Source: Syntrophus aciditrophicus
GTDB taxonomy: Bacteria; Desulfobacterota; Syntrophia; Syntrophales; UBA5619
Direction: 5' to 3'
NCBI GenBank assembly: GCA_020722315.1
Contig: DYLD01000001.1
Coordinates: 13,296-77,295 of the forward strand
Length of the DNA: 64,000 bases
Below the pieces are notes generated by a model. The model saw only the letters and a list, made by a program, of their open reading frames with translations, was not told where the DNA came from and made no database searches. Within the stretch, counting starts at the first letter, position 1; each line of letters begins with the position of its first letter. The translations under genes and the position numbers were made by a program. This document shows positions 57,044 to 64,000 of this stretch, piece after piece.

Positions 57044-57670
57044 TTATTTGGAGTACAACTCCACCACAAGCTGCTCGTTCACCGGCATTGTCAGTTCTTC
57101 ACGTGCCGGAATCATCTTGACCAATGCGCGGAAGTTTTTCTTGTCAACCTCAATCCATTGCGGCACCCCTCGTCTGGCAACCGTTTCCATGGCCTCAACA
57201 ATGCTCGGGAACTTGCGGCTTTTCTCCCGCACCTGCACCTCATCACCGGCGGAAAGCAGATAGGAAGGAATATTTACCGGCTTGCCGTTTACAAGGAAAT
57301 GGTTGTGCCTTACGAGTTGCCTCGCCTCCGTCCTCGAATTAGAAAATCCCATTCTGAAGACCATATTATCCAGCCTTCTTTCCAACAGCAAAAGCAGATT
57401 CGTCCCCGTTATCCCTTTTTGTTTTTCCGCCTTCAGAAAATAACCCTTGAACTGCCTTTCGAGTAAACCGAACATCCTCTTGAGCTTTTGTTTTTCGCGT
57501 AGCTGCAGGCCGTAGTCAGACGGCTTCTTTCGCAACTGTCCGTGTTCCCCCGGGGCGAAACCCCTCCTTTCAAAAGAGCACTTTTCACTGTAGCACCTGT
57601 CCCCTTTTAAAAAGAGCTTCAGTCCCTCTCTCCGGCAGAGTCTGCAAACGGAATCTCTATATCTTGCCAA
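57044..57670 (-). CDS. rpsD: 30S ribosomal protein S4
   Basis: Begins [26 protein letters not shown]. Confidence 0.95.
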   Translation of the reverse strand: MARYRDSVCRLCRREGLKLFLKGDRCYSEKCSFERRGFAPGEHGQLRKKPSDYGLQLREKQKLKRMFGLLERQFKGYFLKAEKQKGITGTNLLLLLERRLDNMVFRMGFSNSRTEARQLVRHNHFLVNGKPVNIPSYLLSAGDEVQVREKSRKFPSIVEAMETVARRGVPQWIEVDKKNFRALVKMIPAREELTMPVNEQLVVELYSK

Positions 57671-57735
57671 CCAAACCTCCTTGTTGCTAATTAAAAATAA
57701 GTCCTCTTTTTAAGATCGATCATACCTTCTGTTTT

Positions 57736-58128
57736 CTAAACCCTTCTGCGCTTCGGCGGGCGGCATCCGTTGTGCGGAATGGGAGTCACATCCCTGATGG
57801 AAAGGATTCTTATTCCCATCGTCTGTAGAGACCTTAGGGCTGATTCCCTTCCGGAACCGGGCCCTTTTACATAAACCTGAACACTTCTCAGGCCATGTTC
57901 TTTAGCCTTCCTAACGGCATCCTCGGCCGCCATCTGTGCTGCAAACGGTGTGCTCTTGCGGGAGCCCTTGAACCCCTGCATACCCGACGAAGACCATGCC
58001 ACTACATTGCCTTGCGGATCCGTAACCGTAACAATCGTATTATTAAAAGTCGATTGAATGTGAATGATTCCCTCAGGAATATTCTTCTTCTCTTTCCTTT
58101 TTCCTGTTTTTCTGACCGCTTTTGTCAT
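57736..58128 (-). CDS. rpsK: 30S ribosomal protein S11
   Basis: Contains [18 protein letters not shown] and ...[13 protein letters not shown]. Confidence 0.95.
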   Translation of the reverse strand: MTKAVRKTGKRKEKKNIPEGIIHIQSTFNNTIVTVTDPQGNVVAWSSSGMQGFKGSRKSTPFAAQMAAEDAVRKAKEHGLRSVQVYVKGPGSGRESALRSLQTMGIRILSIRDVTPIPHNGCRPPKRRRV

Positions 58129-58143
58129 TCATCCTCCCCAAGC

Positions 58144-58518
58144 TCACACCGCTTTTTTCTTTATCGCTATGGCCCTTCTCGGACCTTTTCTGGTCCGCGC
58201 GTTTGTGCGGCTTTTTTGTCCTCTGACGGGCAGTCCTTTACGATGTCGCAATCCCCGGTACGTTCCTAGATCCATTAATCGCTTGATAGACATCGAAACA
58301 TCTCTTCTCAGGTCCCCCTCGACCTTTACATCCCTGTCGATAACACCACGGATGGCGGTCACTTCACCATCGGCCAGTTCATCAGTTTTCTTATCAGGAC
58401 TTACACCGGCTTTACGGAGAATTTCCAATGACTTGGTCCTCCCTATACCGTATATATAGGTAAGGGCGATCTCCATTCTCTTGTTCTTTGGTAAATCGAC
58501 ACCCGCAATTCTTGCCAC
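58144..58518 (-). CDS. rpsM: 30S ribosomal protein S13
   Basis: Begins [26 protein letters not shown]. Confidence 0.95.
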   Translation of the reverse strand: MARIAGVDLPKNKRMEIALTYIYGIGRTKSLEILRKAGVSPDKKTDELADGEVTAIRGVIDRDVKVEGDLRRDVSMSIKRLMDLGTYRGLRHRKGLPVRGQKSRTNARTRKGPRRAIAIKKKAV

Positions 58519-58545
58519 GTTTTAAAGACCTCCTGATCTGTACGG

Positions 58546-58659
58546 CTATCCCTGCCGTTGCCTGTGCTTTGGGTTCTCACAAATGACCCGTAATACTCCC
58601 CGTCTTTTTACAATCTTGCATTTATCGCAAATCTTCTTAACCGATGACCGTACCTTCAC
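58546..58659 (-). CDS. rpmJ: 50S ribosomal protein L36
   Basis: Not in the ORF track because it is too short. Hand translation from a GTG start gives (M)[36 protein letters not shown]. Confidence 0.9.
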   Translation of the reverse strand: MKVRSSVKKICDKCKIVKRRGVLRVICENPKHRQRQG

Positions 58660-58703
58660 AACCCGCTCCTTTTAACTCGAATGTAGCTGTTAAGCTTGTC
58701 CCC

Positions 58704-58922
58704 CTACTTCGTACGATAAACAATCCTGCCACGGGTAAGATCATAAGGGGAAAGCTGTATCGTCACTTTATCGCCCGGAAGGATCTTTATGAAATGCATT
58801 CTCATTTTACCGGAAATGTGGGCAAGGACTCGATGTCCGTTTTCCAGCTCCACCCGAAACATCGCATTCGGAAGCGGTTCAATGACCCTTCCCTCAACCT
58901 CTATCGAATCCTCTTTTGCCAT
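58704..58922 (-). CDS. infA: Translation initiation factor IF-1
   Basis: Begins [30 protein letters not shown]. Confidence 0.95.
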   Translation of the reverse strand: MAKEDSIEVEGRVIEPLPNAMFRVELENGHRVLAHISGKMRMHFIKILPGDKVTIQLSPYDLTRGRIVYRTK

Positions 58923-58956
58923 AAAGAACTTCCCAAGCCCGATTTCGCGACGAAAT

Positions 58957-60264
58957 CTATCTCCTTCTTGCTATTTTCCCCTTTTTCATGAAACCTTCGT
59001 ACTGCCTGGTAAGCAGATGTGTTTCAATCTGACCGGCGGTATCCAGCGCAACACCGACAACGATCAAAAGGGCGGTTCCTCCAAAATAAAAGGGGACATT
59101 AAAATACCTGATCAAAATACTGGGAAGCACGCAGACCGCCGACACATACAAAGCCCCCCAGAATGTTAATTTTGTCATAACCTCATCAATATAATCCGCC
59201 GTCTTCTTACCCGGCCGGATACCAGGCACATAACCGCCGTATTTCTTCATATTGTCGGCCATGTCCACAGGGTTAAACGTCACGGCCGTATAAAAATAGC
59301 TGAAAAATATGATAAAGGCGACATAAAGCAACTCATAAAAAAGCCTGCCTGGTATCATCGCCTCGGCAACCGCCTTCATCCACGGGTGCGGGATAAAATT
59401 CGCAATGGTGGCGGGGAACATGATGATCGAGGATGCAAAAATAGGCGGAATAACACCGGCGGTGTTGACCTTCAACGGAAGATGCGTCGTCTGGCCGCCG
59501 TACATCTTTCGGCCTATGACCCTTTTGGCATACTGAACGGGGATTCTTCGCTGACCGCTTTCGACAAAGACGATCACGCCGACTACCACTATCATCATTA
59601 CGATCAGAATAATGATGAAGAAAAATCCCATTTCTCCCGATGCAAGAAGACGGAACGTGTTGATGATAGCCTCCGGACCGCGGCAGACGATACCGGCAAA
59701 AATGATCAGGGATATCCCGTTACCGATTCCTCTTTCGGTCATCTGCTCGCCGAGCCACATGATAAAGGATGTTCCCGCAGTAAGGGTAATCACCGTCATC
59801 AGGCGAAATCCCCAGCCGGTTTGGATCACAATGGAGGCGCCGGTCGGCCCGGCCATATTCTCAAGACCTATCGCAATACCGAACCCCTGAATCAAACTTA
59901 ACAGAACGGTCCCGTATCTTGTGTACTGGGTTATTTTCCTGCGGCCGGATTCCCCTTCTTTGGAGAGTTTTTCCAAGTAGGGGATTGCTACTGTAAGAAG
60001 CTGCAGGATAATAGAGGCGCTGATATAAGGCATGATGCCCAACGCAAAGACAGAAAGATTGCTTAAAGCGCCTCCGGCAAACATGTCAAAGAGCCCGAGC
60101 AGCGATCCCTTGGCCTGTTCGAAAAAAGCCGCCAGGGCCGCGGCATCAATTCCGGGAGTCGGCACATGCGCGCCTATTCTGTAAACCGCCAGCAAAAGGA
60201 AAGTTACCAGTATCCTCTTCGTGAGTTCCGGAACTTTGGAAATATTTCCGAGCCCTTCTAACAA
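58957..60264 (-). CDS. secY: Preprotein translocase subunit SecY
   Basis: 435 aa, 10 TM segments, with [15 protein letters not shown]. Confidence 0.95.
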   Translation of the reverse strand: MLEGLGNISKVPELTKRILVTFLLLAVYRIGAHVPTPGIDAAALAAFFEQAKGSLLGLFDMFAGGALSNLSVFALGIMPYISASIILQLLTVAIPYLEKLSKEGESGRRKITQYTRYGTVLLSLIQGFGIAIGLENMAGPTGASIVIQTGWGFRLMTVITLTAGTSFIMWLGEQMTERGIGNGISLIIFAGIVCRGPEAIINTFRLLASGEMGFFFIIILIVMMIVVVGVIVFVESGQRRIPVQYAKRVIGRKMYGGQTTHLPLKVNTAGVIPPIFASSIIMFPATIANFIPHPWMKAVAEAMIPGRLFYELLYVAFIIFFSYFYTAVTFNPVDMADNMKKYGGYVPGIRPGKKTADYIDEVMTKLTFWGALYVSAVCVLPSILIRYFNVPFYFGGTALLIVVGVALDTAGQIETHLLTRQYEGFMKKGKIARRR

Positions 60265-60265
60265 A

Positions 60266-60709
60266 TCAAATGACCTCTACAACGGTTCCGCCGGCAGCTT
60301 CGATCTTCTGTCTTGCCCCCAGACTCACCATATCTACCTTTACGGAAAGGGGATAATCAATTTCTCCGTTACCTAAAATTTTGACACCGTCAACCTTTCC
60401 GTTAACAAGACCTGCAACCTTTAACGATTCATTGTCGACAATGGAACCACTGGCGAAGATTTTCAACTGTTTAATATTTACGACCGCAATATTCTTCTTT
60501 GAGGGATTCTTGAATCCTCGTTTCGGGAGCCTTCTCGACAGAGGCATTTGACCACCCTCAAAATTGGGCCTTACACTATGCCCCGAGCGGGCATTCTGGC
60601 CTTTCGCCCCTTTTCCTGCAGTGCCGCCGTGTCCGGAACCATCGCCCCGTCCGATCCTTTTTCTGTTTTTTCTTGAATTCTTCGGCGGCGTCAACGTAGA
60701 TAAATTCAT
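60266..60709 (-). CDS. rplO: 50S ribosomal protein L15
   Basis: Contains [26 protein letters not shown]. Confidence 0.95.
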   Translation of the reverse strand: MNLSTLTPPKNSRKNRKRIGRGDGSGHGGTAGKGAKGQNARSGHSVRPNFEGGQMPLSRRLPKRGFKNPSKKNIAVVNIKQLKIFASGSIVDNESLKVAGLVNGKVDGVKILGNGEIDYPLSVKVDMVSLGARQKIEAAGGTVVEVI

Positions 60710-60894
60710 GATTCTTTCCCTTTAACTTCTACTGAGACTACAAGATGCTGAACCTTTCTTATCATCCCTCTAACTTCCGGGGTATCCTTCAAAACAACGC
60801 TTTTATTGAGCCTGCCCAAACCCAGACCCTTCAGCACCTTCCTTTGGCTTTTTGGCCTGCCTATATAGCTATGAATTTGCGTGATCTTAAGCAT
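60706..60894 (-). CDS. rpmD: 50S ribosomal protein L30
   Basis: Start trimmed to [26 protein letters not shown]. It overlaps the rpsE end by 8 nt. Confidence 0.9.
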   Translation of the reverse strand: MLKITQIHSYIGRPKSQRKVLKGLGLGRLNKSVVLKDTPEVRGMIRKVQHLVVSVEVKGKES

Positions 60895-61387
60895 TTCGTT
60901 CAAGGCTTCCCTCTTTGCTGTTCCCCTTGCCTCTCGCCGCCAGAATATCCGCGGGAGCTCTGAGCTGTTCAAGCCCCTGGATCGTGGCTTTAACAAGGTT
61001 ATGGGGATTATGAGACCCCAGACATTTCGTCAAAATATTGTGGATGCCCGCCACTTCCAGAACCGCCCGGACAGCGCCTCCGGCAATCAACCCTGTCCCG
61101 TCCGAAGCAGGCTTCAGAAGCACCTTGCCTGCTCCGTAATGTCCTGTGACACTGTAGGGGATGGTCTTGTTGGCTATCGCTACCTTGACCATCGACTTTC
61201 TGGCCTGTTCCGTTCCTTTTCTTATCGCCTCCGGAACCTCATGGGCCTTGCCGAGCCCGGCCCCCACCGAACCATTTCCATCGCCGACAACAACAACCGC
61301 GCTAAAACGAAAACGCCTTCCTCCTTTGACGACCTTGGCCGTTCGGTTAATTGCGATAACCCTGTCCAGTAGTTCTGATTCTTCCAT
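60887..61387 (-). CDS. rpsE: 30S ribosomal protein S5
   Basis: Contains [27 protein letters not shown]. Confidence 0.95.
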   Translation of the reverse strand: MEESELLDRVIAINRTAKVVKGGRRFRFSAVVVVGDGNGSVGAGLGKAHEVPEAIRKGTEQARKSMVKVAIANKTIPYSVTGHYGAGKVLLKPASDGTGLIAGGAVRAVLEVAGIHNILTKCLGSHNPHNLVKATIQGLEQLRAPADILAARGKGNSKEGSLERNA

Positions 61388-61424
61388 ACTTGTCTTCCTG
61401 ATAACTCATTTAATCATTAAACAG

Positions 61425-61787
61425 TTAAAACTGGAGTCCCGCCTCTCTTGCCCCTTCGGCAAGAGCCTTCACCCTGCCATGATAGAGGAACCGGCCCCGG
61501 TCAAACACAACCGCCTTGATCCCCTTTTCCTCTAGCCGTTGCGCAACAAGCATACCGACAGATCGGGCTATCTCTGTTTTATTATTCCCGCTTAACAAAT
61601 GTTTGTCCTTCGGCAGAGTTGATGCCGCCGCTATCGTTCTGCCCGATACATCATCAATCGCCTGGACATAGATATGAGACAAGGATCTGTATACAGAAAG
61701 CCGCGGACAGTCCGCGGTACCCTTGATCCTCTTTCTGACCCGCAATTTCCGTTTCCGCCTCAGTTTTTCTATCTTCTTGGTGGCCAA
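61425..61787 (-). CDS. rplR: 50S ribosomal protein L18
   Basis: Contains [18 protein letters not shown] and ...[28 protein letters not shown]. Confidence 0.95.
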   Translation of the reverse strand: MATKKIEKLRRKRKLRVRKRIKGTADCPRLSVYRSLSHIYVQAIDDVSGRTIAAASTLPKDKHLLSGNNKTEIARSVGMLVAQRLEEKGIKAVVFDRGRFLYHGRVKALAEGAREAGLQF

Positions 61788-61830
61788 CTCTTTACCCTCT
61801 TGTTCATATACGAATTTAGATTTCAGGTGA

Positions 61831-62370
61831 TCATTTCGTTGCAGACTTTCCGACCTTGCGCTTTATATGCTCTCCTACGTACTTGATCCCCTTCCCTTTG
61901 TAGGGCTCGGGGCTTTTTATCTTTCGAATCTCCGCACAAACCCTTCCCACCTGTTCCTTATCGGCTCCGGAAACCAGTATGTTAACCTGCTTGTCTACCT
62001 TGACATCAACACCTTTCGGTATCGCGTATTCAATCGGCGCCGAATATCCGACAACCAACCGAAGTACGTTGCCTGAAACCTCGGCACGATAACCAACCCC
62101 GGAAATCTCGAGGCTCTTTTGAAACCCGACATGGACACCATGCACCATATTTGCAACCAGTGCCCTGACAAGCCCGTGCAACGACCTTGCCGTTCTTTGA
62201 TCCGAATCTCTTTTGACCTCGATCGTTTCATTACCCAGCACGAGATCAATCGCATCCGGGATTTTATACGTGAGTTTGCCCTTGGGACCCTCCAGCGTCA
62301 AAACCTTTTCCTTCTGGACTACCTTAACACCCTTAGGAACCAAAATGGGCAATTTACCGATCCTCGACAT
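61831..62370 (-). CDS. rplF: 50S ribosomal protein L6
   Basis: Begins [17 protein letters not shown]. Confidence 0.95.
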   Translation of the reverse strand: MSRIGKLPILVPKGVKVVQKEKVLTLEGPKGKLTYKIPDAIDLVLGNETIEVKRDSDQRTARSLHGLVRALVANMVHGVHVGFQKSLEISGVGYRAEVSGNVLRLVVGYSAPIEYAIPKGVDVKVDKQVNILVSGADKEQVGRVCAEIRKIKSPEPYKGKGIKYVGEHIKRKVGKSATK

Positions 62371-62486
62371 CTCTTATCCTCTATATCCCCAAAACATTTC
62401 GTCTCGTAATTCCTTCCGGCAACTCACCGGTTAATAACAGCCACCCGCCGCTATTGAAAAACAACTTCATAGGGGCAGCGCCAAAC

Positions 62487-62888
62487 CTACCATACATTAC
62501 AGATAAGCTCGCCGCCTATGTTCAATTCCCGGGCCTCCTTGTCCGTCATAACCCCCCTGGACGTGCTTAAGATGGCTATACCATAGCCGTTCAGGACAGG
62601 AACAAGCTTCGCGCTTTTGACATAGACCCTTCGACCCGGCTTGCTGATTCTTTGCAGATCGTTTAAGACAGGCCTTTTCGAGTCCTGATACTTCAGATAA
62701 ATTCGCAGCATTTCATGCTTTCTCGCATCCCTCTTGATGTCATAACCGCTGACATAACCGTTTTTCTTCAGGACTTTCACAATGCTGTGATTCATCACGG
62801 AATTCATTACATCCACGCTTTTCATCTGAACGCTGTTTGCATTCCTTATTCGAGTCAGCATATCCGCGATAGGATCAGTCATGCCCAT
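62487..62888 (-). CDS. rpsH: 30S ribosomal protein S8
   Basis: Contains MTDPIADMLTRIRNA. The true start is probably the third codon, at 62882. Confidence 0.95.
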   Translation of the reverse strand: MGMTDPIADMLTRIRNANSVQMKSVDVMNSVMNHSIVKVLKKNGYVSGYDIKRDARKHEMLRIYLKYQDSKRPVLNDLQRISKPGRRVYVKSAKLVPVLNGYGIAILSTSRGVMTDKEARELNIGGELICNVW

Positions 62889-62908
62889 TTTTATCGCTCC
62901 TCTTTTTT

Positions 62909-63094
62909 CTACCAGCTTGCCTTTATAAGACCCGGGATTTCGCCCCTAAGAGCAAGATTTCTTAAGCATATCCTGCACATATCAAACTTCCGATAATAAC
63001 CTCTCGGCCGGCCGCAGATCGGACATCGGTTGTATTTCCTCGTGGAAAACTTCACATCCCTTTTGGCTTTAGCAATCAACGATTTCTTAGCCAC
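62909..63094 (-). CDS. rpsN: 30S ribosomal protein S14, zinc-binding type Z
   Basis: 61 aa with [20 protein letters not shown]. Confidence 0.95.
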   Translation of the reverse strand: MAKKSLIAKAKRDVKFSTRKYNRCPICGRPRGYYRKFDMCRICLRNLALRGEIPGLIKASW

Positions 63095-63124
63095 ACTTCC
63101 CCCTTGAAAAAAACAAGAACCCTC

Positions 63125-63664
63125 TTAATTTCTAAACGGCATCCCCAGCATCCTCAGAAGCTCTCTGGCCTCATCGTCCGTCTTCGCCGTTGTTACGATA
63201 ACAATATTCATGCCTCTGATTTTATCAATCTTATCGTAATCAATCTCCGGAAAGATGATCTGTTCCTTGATCCCGAGAGAAAAGTTCCCCCTGCCGTCGA
63301 AAGACTTCGGGTTGATACCCCTGAAATCACGCACACGGGGCAACGCGACATTGACAAGCCTGTCAAAAAACTCGTACATCCGTTCCCTGCGCAGTACAAC
63401 GCTGCACCCAATCGGCATCCCCTGCCGCAATTTAAACGTCGAGATCGACTTTCTCGCCTTCGTTATAACCGGTTTCTGCCCCGTTATCGCAGCAAGCTCC
63501 GCCGCGGCATTATCAAGCACCTTCACATTTTGTATCGCCTCGCCGAGTCCCATATTCACGACGATCTTTACCATTCTGGGAACCTGCATCAGGTTTTTAT
63601 AAGAAAACTCCTCGGTGAGCGCCTTCACAACCTCATTTTTATAGTAATCTTTAAGTCTAGCCAT
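63125..63664 (-). CDS. rplE: 50S ribosomal protein L5
   Basis: Begins [13 protein letters not shown], with ...NVMQVPR-like [18 protein letters not shown]. Confidence 0.95.
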   Translation of the reverse strand: MARLKDYYKNEVVKALTEEFSYKNLMQVPRMVKIVVNMGLGEAIQNVKVLDNAAAELAAITGQKPVITKARKSISTFKLRQGMPIGCSVVLRRERMYEFFDRLVNVALPRVRDFRGINPKSFDGRGNFSLGIKEQIIFPEIDYDKIDKIRGMNIVIVTTAKTDDEARELLRMLGMPFRN

Positions 63665-63676
63665 TATTCATGAGCC

Positions 63677-63997
63677 TCAAGCATCCAAAATCTCGTGGCA
63701 CTTGGCGCAAACACGCACCTTTTTCCCGTCTTCAAGGGTTTTGTACCGAATGCGCACCCCGACACCACACTTACTGCAAAGATACATGACATTCGATACA
63801 TGGATGGGGGCCTCCTTTTCCACGATCCCACCCTTTCCCTTTGCATCGGGTTTCTGATGTTTTTTAACGATATTGACCTTTTCAACGATAACACGTCCCT
63901 TATCCACAAGGATCTTCTGAATCTTGCCGGTCTTTCCTCTATCTTTTCCCGAGATTACCTTAACGGTATCTCCCTTTTTCAAACCCCTTATCTGCAT
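63677..63997 (-). CDS. rplX: 50S ribosomal protein L24
   Basis: Begins [26 protein letters not shown]. It has a CxxC...CxxC insertion (CSKCGVG...CAKCHE). Confidence 0.9.
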   Translation of the reverse strand: MQIRGLKKGDTVKVISGKDRGKTGKIQKILVDKGRVIVEKVNIVKKHQKPDAKGKGGIVEKEAPIHVSNVMYLCSKCGVGVRIRYKTLEDGKKVRVCAKCHEILDA

Positions 63998-64000
63998 TAT

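Noticed and set aside
1-64000. Search for CRISPR arrays, tRNA/rRNA genes, transposases, integrases, phage genes and toxin-antitoxin pairs
   Set aside because: I found no regularly spaced short direct repeats, no tRNA-like cloverleaf candidates in the intergenic regions I read, and no ORF with recombinase or transposase motifs. The only repeat family is the ~190-bp palindromic element reported above. This was an eye-scan only, so tRNAscan and CRISPR-finder should confirm it.

Overview
This is a chromosomal window from a Gram-negative, apparently anaerobic bacterium. It has the anaerobic cbi pathway, two CbiK paralogues, LptD and several TonB systems. The gene content looks Deltaproteobacteria/Thermodesulfobacteriota-like, but I cannot prove that without a database search. 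Nearly every gene call rests on remembered family motifs in the supplied translations. RNA-element coordinates are hand-read, roughly +/-15 nt.

Layout:
- (i) 1-6650, minus strand: tandem cobalamin riboswitches precede an exported CbiK, a TonB-dependent receptor, a CPxC polytopic membrane protein, a divergent MotA/ExbB-like channel, an ExbD-like DUF2149-type protein and a signal-peptide-bearing CobN-like chelatase.
- (ii) 6666-17365, minus strand: one long unit behind a third cobalamin riboswitch. It runs tonB-exbB-exbD, a small ORF, then cbiA-cbiC-cbiK-cbiD-cbiE-cbiL-[repeat]-cbiF-cbiG-cbiH.
- (iii) 17599-21870, minus strand: a leader with its own terminator, then a repeat, a TonB-dependent receptor, an exported FmdE-family protein and a small His-rich protein.
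- (iv) 21981-31399, plus strand: a C-P lyase operon, phnCDE-GHIJKLM. A xylose-isomerase-like TIM-barrel gene sits where phnN/phnP would be.
- (v) 31365-36302, minus strand: a Tat-exported HD-domain protein, alkaline phosphatase, a YibE/F membrane protein and Ppx/GppA.
- (vi) 36576-38380: a STAS plus metallo-beta-lactamase (MBL) pair, with a decayed MBL paralogue next to it.
- (vii) 38690-45024, plus strand: riboswitch-btuC-btuD-like genes, a second riboswitch, a btuB-like receptor, a DUF71 ATP pyrophosphatase, a tonB fragment, a repeat, and a btuF-like gene.
- (viii) 45182-64000: housekeeping genes. These are the fchA-like/folD pair, an HD protein, a DUF59 protein, cysS, argC, rpsI-rplM, lptD, folC, and the spc/alpha ribosomal block from rplX to rplQ.

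Main points of interest:
- Five cobalamin riboswitches, two of them in tandem.
- A periplasm-oriented chelatase/TonB-receptor module with its own proton-channel pair.
- A ~190-bp palindromic repeat family in four copies, lying next to gene remnants.
- An FmdE-linked receptor operon with an unassigned leader.
- A non-canonical end to the phn operon.

I saw no CRISPR array, tRNA, rRNA, transposase or integrase.
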